Below, in pieces: positions 22,388-32,828 of a stretch of 36,492 nt of DNA. The DNA is from Octopus bimaculoides. Taxonomy: Eukaryota. Every line of letters starts with the position of its first letter. The stretch's first letter is position 1. The translations under genes were made by a program, and so were the position numbers. Location: NCBI RefSeq assembly GCF_001194135.2, contig NC_068995.1, positions 23,677,604 to 23,714,095 on the forward strand, given 5' to 3'. The notes below the pieces were generated by a model, which was not told where the DNA came from, searched no databases, and saw only the letters and a list, made by a program, of their open reading frames with translations.

Positions 22388-22693
22388 TATATTTAAGAGT
22401 TGAAGAATTATGTACATTATTTACATTCGACGGATATTTGTCCTCATCTTGTTTGTTGTTAAAACAATGTTTCGGCTGATATACACTCCAGCCTTCATCA
22501 GGTGTCTTGGGGAAATTTCGAACCTGCATTCTCATTCCTAAGCTATTTTTTGATGTTGTTATTATTATTATTATCATTATTATTATTATTATTATTATTA
22601 TTGTTATTATTATTGTTCAGGTCACTGCTTGGAATCGAACTCGGAATTTTTGGGGTTAGTAGTTCGCGCTCTTAACCACTAAGCCATATGCCC
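22388..22693 (-). mobile_element. Non-autonomous composite element: tRNA-like Pol III head, (TAA/CAA)n spacer, hammerhead-containing Penelope-like 3' part
   Basis: Minus strand starts GGGCATATGGCTTAGTGGTTAAGAGCG. A box TGGCTTAGTGG at 22676-22686, B box GTTCGATTC at 22632-22640, similar to tRNA-Arg heads. Simple repeat 22556-22616. Hammerhead motif 22461-22506. Confidence 0.8.
22461..22506 (-). ncRNA. Minimal type-I hammerhead ribozyme motif; this copy probably impaired
   Basis: GACAC CUGAUGA A GGCUG GAGUGUAUAU CAGCC GAAAC AUU GUUUU: exact CUGAUGA and GAAAC cores and a perfect 5-bp stem II. Stem III and the 3' strand of stem I are imperfect (AUU in place of GUH; GUUUU pairs only partly with GACAC). 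Confidence 0.7.
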
Positions 22694-22695
22694 AC

Positions 22696-22755
22696 GGGCA
22701 TATTCCGAGTTCGATTCCAAGCAGTGATCTGCACAACAACAACAACAACAACAAC

Positions 22756-22813
<58 letters not shown>

Positions 22814-22910
22814 TCGAAAGATGAGGACAAATAATAACAAGGTGAGAACAAATATCCGTCGAATGTGAATAATATAAATAATGTACATAATTCCTCATCT
22901 CTTAAATATA
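22696..22910 (+). mobile_element. Second, internally deleted copy of the same element, head-to-head with 22388-22693
   Basis: gggcatat joined directly to tccgagttcgattccaagcagtgatctg (A box deleted), then (CAA)n(TAA)n, then agatgaggacaaata...caaatatccgtcgaatgt...aatgtacataattcctcatctcttaaatata. This is the reverse complement of the left arm, with the hammerhead deleted. Confidence 0.85.
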
Positions 22911-23148
22911 TTTAAATTTAGAAATATATATATATATGTACGGTGTGTATATGTATATAAATATATTTAGATAGATACATATATATGCATATATATATAT
23001 ATATANNNNNNNNNNNNNNNNNNNNNNNNNNNNNNNNNNNNNNNNNNNNNNNNNNNNNNNNNNNNNNNNNNNNNNNNNNNNNNNNNNNNNNNNNNNNNNN
23101 NNNNNNNNNNNNNNNNNNNNNNNNNNNNNNNNNNNNNNNNNNNNNNNN

Positions 23149-23241
23149 ATGAATTCGCCAAAATATGGAATTGCACAACTCTGACTAAGGAATATACTTC
23201 CTTACTCAGAGTTGTGCAATTCCATATTTTGGCGAATCCAT
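23149..23241. repeat. Near-perfect 93-nt hairpin (44-bp arms, 2 mismatches, 5-nt loop)
   Basis: atgaattcgccaaaatatggaattgcacaactctgactaaggaa-tatac-ttccttactcagagttgtgcaattccatattttggcgaatccat. Begins at the first base after an N gap. Confidence 0.92.
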
Positions 23242-24515
23242 AATTTTATCGATGTGTATTTACGCATATCTGTTGCCAAAAATATATGAATAAATAGATT
23301 ATTATTTTTCAGGAACAATTCTGCAGCTAGAGAGATGTATGTTATATACTGAGATGATGAAAACAGAAACCATCTCGTCTGAAATAACTGCTAAAACTTT
23401 TACATAAGATTTTTATATAGACACAATTCATTTGTATTTGTATTAAGAATTTCAACATACATCGAATATATCTAAATGACCACAGAATATAAAGATTAAA
23501 TATACTATTTATGGCAGCACAAAATAAGATTAATATATTCGAAATCTGATATTGCTTAGATGATTCACTGATCAGAAATCAAGTTACATTATTTGAGATA
23601 TGAGATTTAAAACTGTAAGAAAATGCAATGGAAGGGATTTTCAGTGCCTATATCATATTTCAACGACGGACGATTTGATATTCTAACGTAAATATTATAA
23701 TTCTTTTGATTGTCTAATATGAATCCCAAAACTAGCAACAAGTTGAATATACATTTTCAGATTAAAGCAGTTGCCTAGCAATAAGGGAAAATGAAGCTAG
23801 TTCACAGCCCGATCTGAAATATGTTGAAGATTCAGTGCATTACACTTCACACAGAAAAAGAGAATCATTTAAACTGATGCCAATACTCTCCAAAATGTTC
23901 ATGATACTACATACTTAGAAACGGTACTGCTCGACACAATGGATGTTGGGAACTGAAAATATTGAGAATCATTTCACTCGTGCCATCTATATTCCATCTG
24001 ATTAGATTACTTATTGTTAAAGCATATAATTTTGCCAGTAAGAATTATATATGTAACTATAAAATTCACACGTACATATATATGTATATATATTTTTTTT
24101 AAATGCCCAGGGCCCTAGAGAATCAGGTACTTAAATAGTAAAGTACCGAGATGAAGTCGGTAGAGTCATATAGCACTATGAACTTGCTCACGAGAAGTTG
24201 AAAATGTTCAATCCTCACCTGTATTTACCTAATGAAAACACGTCTGAAACAGCTGTAGTGAACCACAGTCAATATGTCGTTATTTGTATATATATATGTG
24301 TATATATGTGTGTGTGGAGGGGAGAATTATACAAATACATACAAATATATATTTGGATCAAATAATTCACGAATAAATAATTTGCGACGATACCATTGTC
24401 GCTGTTATTATCTACCGTAACAATTTTGACTGTTATTTCCAGCAGTTACACATACTTAATATGCCCTTTGATTAATTGTAATACAAATATACATACATAC
24501 ATACATACATACATA

Positions 24516-24588
24516 CACGACGGCTTCTTTCAGTCTACCAAATCCTATCACAAAACTTTCGTTGACCCAGACTGAACCCAAAGTCCCT
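24516..24588 (-). mobile_element. Internally deleted fragment of SINE family A
   Basis: cacgacggcttctttcagtctaccaaatcc...gactgaaccc shares gactgaaccc with 32461-32470. The rest is recognised from memory of the family. Confidence 0.5.
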
Positions 24589-25183
24589 ATCACAGCAAGA
24601 GAACAATCATTTACTTTCAAAAGTTCTACTCATGTGGTTTGAAGGTAGCTCAAAGAGAAGACAGCTGTTACTCTTTCAGGTCACCCATGCCACCATGAAC
24701 TTGAATGTAAATCTGAAACGAAAACGAGGATCGTAACATAATTTCAATGCCTTAAGAAGAAAGGGGCGATCAACTGAAAAATTACAAATACAAGATCGTT
24801 TCAAGTATTTCAGTAAAAATGAAGGCCGGAATGTCGTGGTTCGTTTTAGATTATTTAGCTCTCGGAGTATGGCGAATGCATTTTTAATAGCAAAAAGAGC
24901 GATAAATGCAGCTGCCTACAAGATAACTTAGGCAGCAGATAAAGCCACTTGTTGATTATGAAGTGGAGCTAAGTTGAAAGCAGCAGGAAAAGATGTTCAT
25001 TTGGTTAGCACTTGAGGAACCAACAATGAAGCCTTTTACAGAGTTGACATAATCACTGAACATTCGACAAAGTCTAATGGAAATCAACTCCACATAGCCA
25101 AATCTATAATTAACTACAGTAAACCAAGGCAATGCACCTTGTTTTAGAATCGATCATTTATGCAGACATGTGCAGAGCTATAT

Positions 25184-25227
<44 letters not shown>

Positions 25228-25544
25228 GCTTTAAAATGTGAGATCTATAATAAAGATGTAAATTTCTCTATAGACATTTTTTGTTGTCAAATTCTCTGAA
25301 TTTCTCGAAATTCTGCCAAAAGATATTTGAATTTACTTGTCATGCACGAGGATTTACGTGGGATCTATATTCTACTTACATTTACTGGTGTCTAATTTTT
25401 GAACATTGGTAAGCAAATTCTTCTAATACTGAGAACTTTAATATCTGCTGGATTTTTTTTTCTTCTATATATAAAATAACGAAGGCAGCTATGCAATATA
25501 AAACCAAATATGAAAAATTCAACTGTCACATATTGTGACTGAGG

Positions 25545-25854
25545 ATACTGGGTAGCATCAGTATTGCTAGAAATAAGAGTTAGAAACCTCAGAACCGCAA
25601 AAAAGCGTATTTTCATGAAGTCAAGGGTGATAACCACCCTATAAGCGAAGCTAGATCACCAGACTTCACTAGTTTTGTTTGAAATTGTAGACTTGTCAGT
25701 AGTGACTACTCCACAAGCAGACCTTCGCTGTCGCACTCTCTGACGTGTACCCACACATTCATATATAAATTTTAAGCCTCGTACTTACTAGTTTTACCGA
25801 ATTGCAAATTTACGGGGAAGTAAAGGCATCAACACCGGTGATGCTACCCAGTAT
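25545..25854. mobile_element. Candidate 310-bp MITE with perfect 16-bp terminal inverted repeats
   Basis: atactgggtagcatca (25545-25560) and tgatgctacccagtat (25839-25854). Can be read as TA TSD plus a CTGGGTAGCATCA TIR. Non-coding interior. Confidence 0.65.
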
Positions 25855-25855
25855 A

Positions 25856-25909
<54 letters not shown>

Positions 25910-26323
25910 TATATCTTAAGACTATATAAGATATAAGCTCTTAAGAGTTTATATCTTAAGAGTATATATATATGTTTGTGTCTTAAGAGTACATATATTG
26001 GAGGTAGACCTGAACATCGGCGAAAATTTGTTGCTGTTCGACTGGGTTGACGGTATGGCATGAACTTCAGTGTCATTTTCATTTTCAGTAATTTCGAGCA
26101 TCGACAATTGACCAGTTGGAAAACTTTAAAAACAAAATAGAATGTTATTTCTACTAATGACATTACAAAATGTAAATTAAAAATTCTGAGGTAAGTTCTA
26201 ATGTAATCGAAATGAAAAAAGGTAACTAACGTTTGTAATACTAGAAGAGTTATCATTATTCCTAAACACGTTATTCCTTAGCAGATTGCTTTTGTGCCGT
26301 TCGGAGGTAATTCAAGACATGAA

Positions 26324-26340
26324 CAATATCATCATCATCG

Positions 26341-26390
<50 letters not shown>

Positions 26391-27280
26391 GTTGACGTCG
26401 TCCTTGTCGTCGTCGTCATCTTCATCATCATCATCATCACCATCACAACGAGCAGCAGTAGTAATATCTATATCTTCAATTCTAAATGTGATTTCATTGC
26501 CGAAGCAGCTGCCTGTTCTTTATATTCGTCTGAAAATTGCAATCGTGTTAGTTGTTGTCATCGTTACTGTGACAACAAATGTCGTCACCAACGATGTAAA
26601 ACACCGCGAACACGATAATTTTACCGTACATAGCACTATCTGTATCATTGTCACCAACAGCAACAACACCATCATCATCATTATCATCATCATCATTTTC
26701 ATCGAAGCCGTTGTTGTAATCGTCTCCGTTATTATCACCATCATCTTCATATTCGTCATCAACATACTGAACAGCTACTACACCATCAACATCATGAATA
26801 TCATTAACGTGTAAAAATAACAAGTCGTTTCCATAAATTTCAGCCCCGCCAACACAACCCATATGACAGAACCACTGTTGCCACCACCACCACAACAACC
26901 ACTACCATCACCACCACCACCACCACTACCACTACCACCACCACCACTACCATCATCATCATCATCATCATCATCGTCGTCGTCATCGTCATCATCATTA
27001 TTATCGTCATCGTCACCATCGTAGTTCCTCTTAAACATCTTGTGACAATTATTCTCACAAAAACCAACTGGGCAACATACGCGGCACCAGTATCGTTACA
27101 AATGCAATCAGATTGACCCTTTCGGCAAAATTGACCTGATTTCTGCTATTTGAATACTTCAGTGAGATTATACTTAGATACAACTATAAGTACTGCTTCT
27201 ACTTCTACGACGAAAACTAATTGTAGATGTGACGGTGATGATGATGGTGATGATGATGATGATGACGACGACGACGATAA
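26324..27280. repeat. Mosaic of degenerate trinucleotide repeats (CAT/CGT/CAC/CAA, then GAT/GAC)
   Basis: Seen directly. Produces the poly-I/S/D/M/V ORFs. Confidence 0.9.
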
Positions 27281-27394
27281 ACTGAGTGCTTAGATATGTT
27301 TGAAAACTGCCAGGGATGTAACTTATTTTCTGAAGAGAAGTACATGGTGGGTTGGAAAACTGAGATGACATCATACGTACCCAAACTTGGGCGT

Positions 27395-27660
27395 CAAGAG
27401 CAGGATTTTGCAAAGTGACAGCTTATCTCGGTTGCCTTTTCAACTTTGTATAATCCCACTGATGTTGGTGTTGAGAAAAGGGAATCAGTTCAAGGGAAAA
27501 ACACTAAGGTTCAACCATCTCTTAATGGATGATTGGAAATTGCATGGCAAGTGAGTTATTTAGTGAACACGGAACACTGTTATAGGGCTAATGATAAGGT
27601 GGAATTTGGACTCAAGAAGTGTGGTATAAGGAGCCTTAAAAGCGGCAAGGTACAATCCCT
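27395..27660 (+). mobile_element. R4/Dong-type LINE RT fragment
   Basis: ILQSDSLSRLPFQLCIIPLMLVLRK...FNHLLMDDWKLHGK* (cf. IFQGDSLSPLLF...HLLFMDDLKLY; MDD at 27525-27533), then VEFGLKKC..LKSGKV. Confidence 0.85.
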
Positions 27661-27740
27661 GTTGGGACAGAAGTACCAAATAGGAAGTGACGTAATAGAT
27701 CGAAATTTAAAAGCTCAATAACAGCCACAATAGCAATAAA

Positions 27741-27741
<1 letters not shown>

Positions 27742-27810
<69 letters not shown>
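27742..27810. repeat. (TAG)n microsatellite
   Basis: Seen directly. Confidence 0.95.
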
Positions 27811-27811
<1 letters not shown>

Positions 27812-28255
27812 ATACACTTTTCTGTTTTTTAAACTGAATGGTTCTAGAGATACAGGAAAAATATAAAGAAATTTGAAACAGGATTATTAGAGAGATGTGC
27901 GATATAGGAAAGAGGAATAGGTGAAACACGTACTACATTATAAAACTGATCGATTTAACAATTCATATGATAAATATATATATAAGATACTTTTATAATT
28001 ATTAAACCTCCAATTTTGTCAGTGAGGGTTTCCCACTTTCCTAATAACACCTGTAGAACAGTACCATTGTTTGCTTGAAATTCCAAAATCTTCTGTAGTC
28101 AAATGAGGGATCAAGTCTTCTGGATCGTTGAAATCGTATCGGGATAAATACCCCCACTAGGACAATTCCCACCAACCACAAATACCTCCTACAACAGTAA
28201 CCCCCCTTGGTTAATTACCCCCTCTCCAATATATTAAGAAGCTTTAAATCATCAT

Positions 28256-29160
28256 CTAAAAGTGCAAACCATACGCGATTCTTTGCAAATATTGTATCAC
28301 ATTTATGTTTTCATAACTGCTAACTACGGCATGAATACGGGCGAAAAAATTCAAATACATTTCTTTCTCGATGGCTGTTTAGAAAAACTCGACAAGGATT
28401 GAGTCATAAGTACTTGTTGCAGTGCTTGCTTTCTTCTGATATATTCTAAAAACTTCCAAATGCTTGGGTGACAACAACCAGCATTGTTCTTGGAAGTTAA
28501 TCCGACGTTCTCTTGTACATATTCCATAGATCCATTCCAAACACTGGTTCTCGCCGTCTTCGTCTTCGACATAGTCGTCCTAAGTGTGTATCCTCAAAGT
28601 AATCTTGCAAGGGATATGTTTCGGGCGGGAGTATTTCACATAGGGTTTCAAAAGATTTTTTTCAACATCACAAGTAGGAACAAAAGCCAAAGCAGCAATC
28701 ATTTTCATAGAGACTGAAAATTCTTTATCGTCTTGGTATCGCTGTTGAAATCCGTGAAATTGAATGTTCATATATACGCTTTGGCTAATGTGAAAAAAAA
28801 AAAAACAACCGTTTATCTCGTCTTGTGGAAATCCCAAATATAAACTATTAATCGCGGCCTTTCTAAAATCTACCATGATAGTTTTGGATGCTAAATTTTG
28901 TTTCAATAATTTTAGCTGCTCCAGAAAATTTGTGTAAGTAGTTTGGCTTTTATCAGGTAACAGAGCGTAAATTCGTGGCACTGAAGGTTCATGCAGCAGT
29001 GTGTGAACTGTGTATAATTGTGAGAAAAAAATGCGAGGAACTGTCTTGAACGTTCCATCTTGAGAACAGTGCGACGCTTCTCATAAGTTATCCCGATTTC
29101 TCTGGGTTCCAAAATCAGAATTCGTTTCTCGATGGGCCAAGAGCCGTACAGCATAAAATC
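28256..29160 (-). pseudogene. MULE DDE transposase pseudogene
   Basis: DFMLYGS..RILI; DGTFKTVP..FSQLYTVH (first D, 29045-29059); YALLPDK..TY; IMVDFRKA (second D, about 28862-28873); GCFFFFH; MIAALAFVP; HPSIWKF; RIHAVVSSY...YLQRIAYGLHF*. The TNN..E.WH motif with the third catalytic residue appears deleted. Frameshifts present. Confidence 0.92.
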
Positions 29161-29484
29161 TTATCCATCTTGTGTTTCTGTCTGTGTAGTTTCAAAATGC
29201 GTATGAGATGTATTGTTATTGTTATGATTTTGTTTTACTATAATCAACAACAAACACATTTCGTCAATATTAAAGTCTTTATTAGATTAAAACATGGTGG
29301 TAAAACAAAACAAATATACTTTATTTTCTTCCGGGCACCAATGTACTGTATCAGTAGTCTTTCACGTTGTCCACCGACCGACCTTTTCTCCGAAAAACTT
29401 TAGTGGAATCAATCTACCTCCGTACACAAATTATTTTCCTCTTGAAACATATAAAGAATACACACATCAGGCACACCTTTCTCT

Positions 29485-29544
29485 AAGTCGCACACTAATT
29501 TTCCCAGGTAAAACTTAGCGGCTTATACACCGGAAAATACGGTA
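29485..29544. mobile_element. Solo terminus of a Tc2/pogo-like element inside the MULE
   Basis: taagtcgcac...aaaacttagcggcttatacaccggaaaatacggta; the reverse complement TACCGTATTTTCCGGTGTATAAGCCGC is a Tc2-like TIR with TA. No partner end found. Confidence 0.55.
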
Positions 29545-29943
29545 CATATCGGGGGTTAGCTACTTAGGGGTAATTGTCCAAGCGGGTAATTGTTCATTGA
29601 GGATAAATGTCCTAGACTCCGCTGAAATATAACCGTCTGAAATTTCAACTAGAACATAATCATTTTGATTCCGTTTAAAAGATGATGTCCTTTCGTTATC
29701 CTTAATTTAACCACCTGTCCATACTGTGGTACAAAAATAACTTCTCGCTACGGATTTACATTGCTTCCGGTGTCTTTTATTGCCTCTCTTTTTTTGCTTT
29801 ACCCGTACGATGGGGCACAAATATACGGGTGGATATATTTGTAAATGTCTAACAACTTCTGTCTGTATTTTGCCTGGACCATTTTTCTTTTAAATGCGAC
29901 ATAAATTTTCCGTCTCTTCTTTTATTCTTCTTCTCTGTTTTAG

Positions 29944-29987
29944 ATCTCTCCCAAAATGCCCTTGAAGTGCCTGCTGTAACTCTCGAT
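29944..29987 (+). CDS. Candidate 44-nt coding exon ((D)LSQNALEVPAVTLD), gene unidentified
   Basis: Strong acceptor tcttcttttattcttcttctctgttttag and strong donor GAT|gtgagt. Only one of three frames is open (phase 1 to 0). Confidence 0.4.
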
Positions 29988-30446
29988 GTGAGTCTAGTTC
30001 CATTATTTGTAAAACACAGGAATATGGCTTTTTCTTTATATTTATGTTATAATTATTAGTTTAGTTCCACGGAGACAAAATATTGATTGTTCCCCAAAGT
30101 TCCACCTATTTTGTTTTCGTGTGTGACTTGTTGTGTGGTTGAGGCAATGTTTGTTTTATCACAGATGTTATATAAACGATTTCAAAAAGTAATGTTGTCT
30201 CAAACATTGTATTTACTGTATTACTTCAAAACTACCGGTTACACTATTTGGAATATATTTATGTATTATTTGCTTATTTAGATGTTCATATTTCTTCTTT
30301 TTTCCATTCAACCTGTTGCAATGATTTGACGTGTCCCATACTTGTGAAATATTTTACAGTGTTTCTACGAAAAGTCATTTGGTATTGCTGTTGGTTCGGA
30401 ACGGAATAAACAAATGTGCGTATCACAAAGAAGCTGGAGGAAAATG

Positions 30447-30525
30447 AGATGATGATGACAATGATGACGATGAGGAGGAGGAGGAAAAGGAGAAGAGGAA
30501 TGGGGAAGGAAGGAGGAGGAGGAGA
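30447..30525. repeat. (GAT)/(GAG) purine-rich low-complexity tract
   Basis: Seen directly. Confidence 0.85.
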
Positions 30526-31299
30526 AAAACTTTACTCCTACTACTCATTCTGTACTACAGCAATAATGATTTCAAAGTTATCTCCCCTAAAATGAATGTT
30601 AATATTTCGGTCATCTGTAGCCTTAAACTATAATTATTTGTACAACTAAATAACCATAATTCAAGCAATCAAAACTGCCAAACTTTGCAACACCTTCATG
30701 GCGATTCATTGCTCGCATACATAACATATATCGCAACACACATTCAATAATTTGGGTTAGCTACAGAAAATTGTAATTCGTTGTCAACTTCTGTATGTAC
30801 ATATATCTAAATTCAAGTCATTAACTCAAGATTGTTTCTCTTATCACGCTCTATTGTACTTGGCAAAGTCCATAGTCTCAAATTCCCTCTAAGTCTCATG
30901 TTTACATTTTCTGTCCAATAATCAAGCTGACATTAGAAAATTATCATTCGCTGGTGAGGTTTAACACGACCGAAATATTTTCTCAACAGTTACCGAATCA
31001 CAAAATTTCAATTTTCCGAGAAATTATTTTGTGATGTGTACGAATTATCTCCCGTCCTCTTTGGCAAGATTCTAGCAATAGCCACGATGGTTCGTTCTCA
31101 AACAACTCATAATGAATTGTTATTTGCCTCTTAGGGTGAAGAATTAAATATAAACCTAATGGGTAATTCTTTACATCGCTGAGAAAAACAACGAGATAAT
31201 TTCTTGAAATTAAGAATATCGCCAAAAATATAATTTTGACGCTTTAAAGGAGATCTAATATTCGAGAAGATTTTATGTTATATTTCATGTACAAGGACG

Positions 31300-31560
31300 T
31301 GTGTATAGATGTATATATCCTCACTATACAATATGTTAGTGTGTGTGATGCGTGTGCGTGTGCGTGTTAGCATGTAAGTATATGAATATATATGTATATA
31401 CGTGAATAAAAATGGACACACACACACGCACACACGTATATTAATACCTATAAAAACAACGTACGCATATGTATATGTGTGTGTATATATATATATATAT
31501 ATACATATATATACACAAACACACACACATATGTGTGTCTGTATATATGTATACATGTAT

Positions 31561-31592
<32 letters not shown>

Positions 31593-31615
31593 GTGTGTGT
31601 GTGTGTGGTGTGTGT

Positions 31616-31692
<77 letters not shown>
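31300..31692. repeat. Compound TA/CA/TG microsatellite field
   Basis: Seen directly. Explains six overlapping ORFs. Confidence 0.95.
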
Positions 31693-31694
<2 letters not shown>

Positions 31695-32345
31695 CAAAAA
31701 TGTAAGCGGACCTTTGTGTATCTCTCATAAACATTTTTGTGCGAATGTCTTTCTGTATGTGTATGTATGTGTTTACGTAAAGGAGCTGTGATGTATGTCA
31801 TTAAATATACACTGGAAACTATTTCGTTATGATCCTCCAGTTAGAGAGACAGTGCCAACACTGAATATATCAATTAACATTGGCGGTTACCTAATTTTAC
31901 AGACTAAAGGGCTTGTCAGCACTGAGGGTCATAGATCAGAGAAGGCTTGCAGCATTTTGGCACATATATTACTAGAGAGATTATAGAGAGACAGCTTATA
32001 TATTATAAATTAACAGTTAAGATTGCTATATAAATCCTATATGACAATTTCAAGCGCAAATCTTGGACAGTAAAATGAACTGATTATGACACTAGACATG
32101 AAGTTCGTATATATCGTGTTAAACTGACCCCATGAATTCGATACACGCGAGGCGTGTGTGCCTTTAAAGGAGTGGAATTGTTGTTTTATAATATCTATAA
32201 TCCAATATACGCAGTTGTGCATATCTATGTATTGTTGTATTAAATATCTTATTAACAGTGTCAACCATAAAACCTAGTTCTAAATCTACGGTAACGACTC
32301 AATAATCCTTAGAATATGCGCGTTAGCGGATGTATGTTTATGCAC

Positions 32346-32404
<59 letters not shown>

Positions 32405-32424
32405 TATATATATATATATATATA

Positions 32425-32508
32425 TAGTAGAAGACACTTGCCGATGGTGCCACGCAGTGGGACTGAACCCGGAACCATTTGGTTAGGAAGCAAGCTTCTT
32501 ACCACACA
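32425..32508 (-). mobile_element. tRNA-like head of SINE family A, embedded between (TA)n runs
   Basis: Minus strand tgtgtggtaagaagcttgcttcctaaccaaatggttccgggttcagtcccactgcgtggcaccatcggcaagtgtcttctacta: B-box-like GGTTCAGTCCC and a V-like ggcaagtgtctt segment. Confidence 0.75.
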
Positions 32509-32741
32509 CCCATATATATATATATTGTCCATCACTTGTAGATGGGATTGAAGGTGAGTTATATCACCTGTCCATAACTGTGGGATGTTTTAACACGGCG
32601 CTTTGAGAGACTATATACTTCACTTTGCCAAGCAGCTCACCCGTAAATACATGAATGATATACGTTAAATATGCTTTATTAATTATTTTCATTATACTAT
32701 ACCTGCTCTTATCTCATATTTGAATTTAGTGTTACGTATAG

Positions 32742-32828
32742 ATTTCCCGAGCATACTTGTACATGGTTTTGCATGTCATGCGAACATAGCATGAGCTGGC
32801 GAGGCCATTCGTTTCCGATCCTCTCCAG
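32742..32828 (+). CDS. Candidate 87-nt symmetric exon (FPEHTCTWFCMSCEHSMSWRGHSFPILS), gene unidentified
   Basis: Consensus donor CAG|gtaagt at 32829 and one open frame (phase 2 to 2). Acceptor is weak (gttacgtatag; an alternative gaatttag gives an in-frame start at 32730). Confidence 0.3.

Larger units (their letters stand above)
28141..29620 (-). mobile_element. MULE (Mutator-like) transposon, 5'-deleted, with termini built of tandem GGACAATTACCCC-like motifs
   Basis: Left end 28141-28223 carries about 5 degenerate motif copies; right end 29551-29620 carries about 4 in inverted orientation. Transposase remnant lies between. Exact ends and TSD not resolved. Confidence 0.8.

Noticed and set aside
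22618-22693. Functional tRNA gene
   Set aside because: A and B boxes are present, but the acceptor and anticodon stems do not pair, and it is fused to a repeat body. Treated as a SINE-like head.
23313-23336. 24-nt microexon (ttttcag|...|gtatgt), and a similar acceptor at 14820
   Set aside because: Such short AG...GT pairs are frequent by chance in AT-rich DNA, and there is no independent support.
30990-31140. RT-like peptide LSPVLF...ELLFAS*
   Set aside because: Only two weak motif resemblances and no DD; cannot be supported without a profile search.
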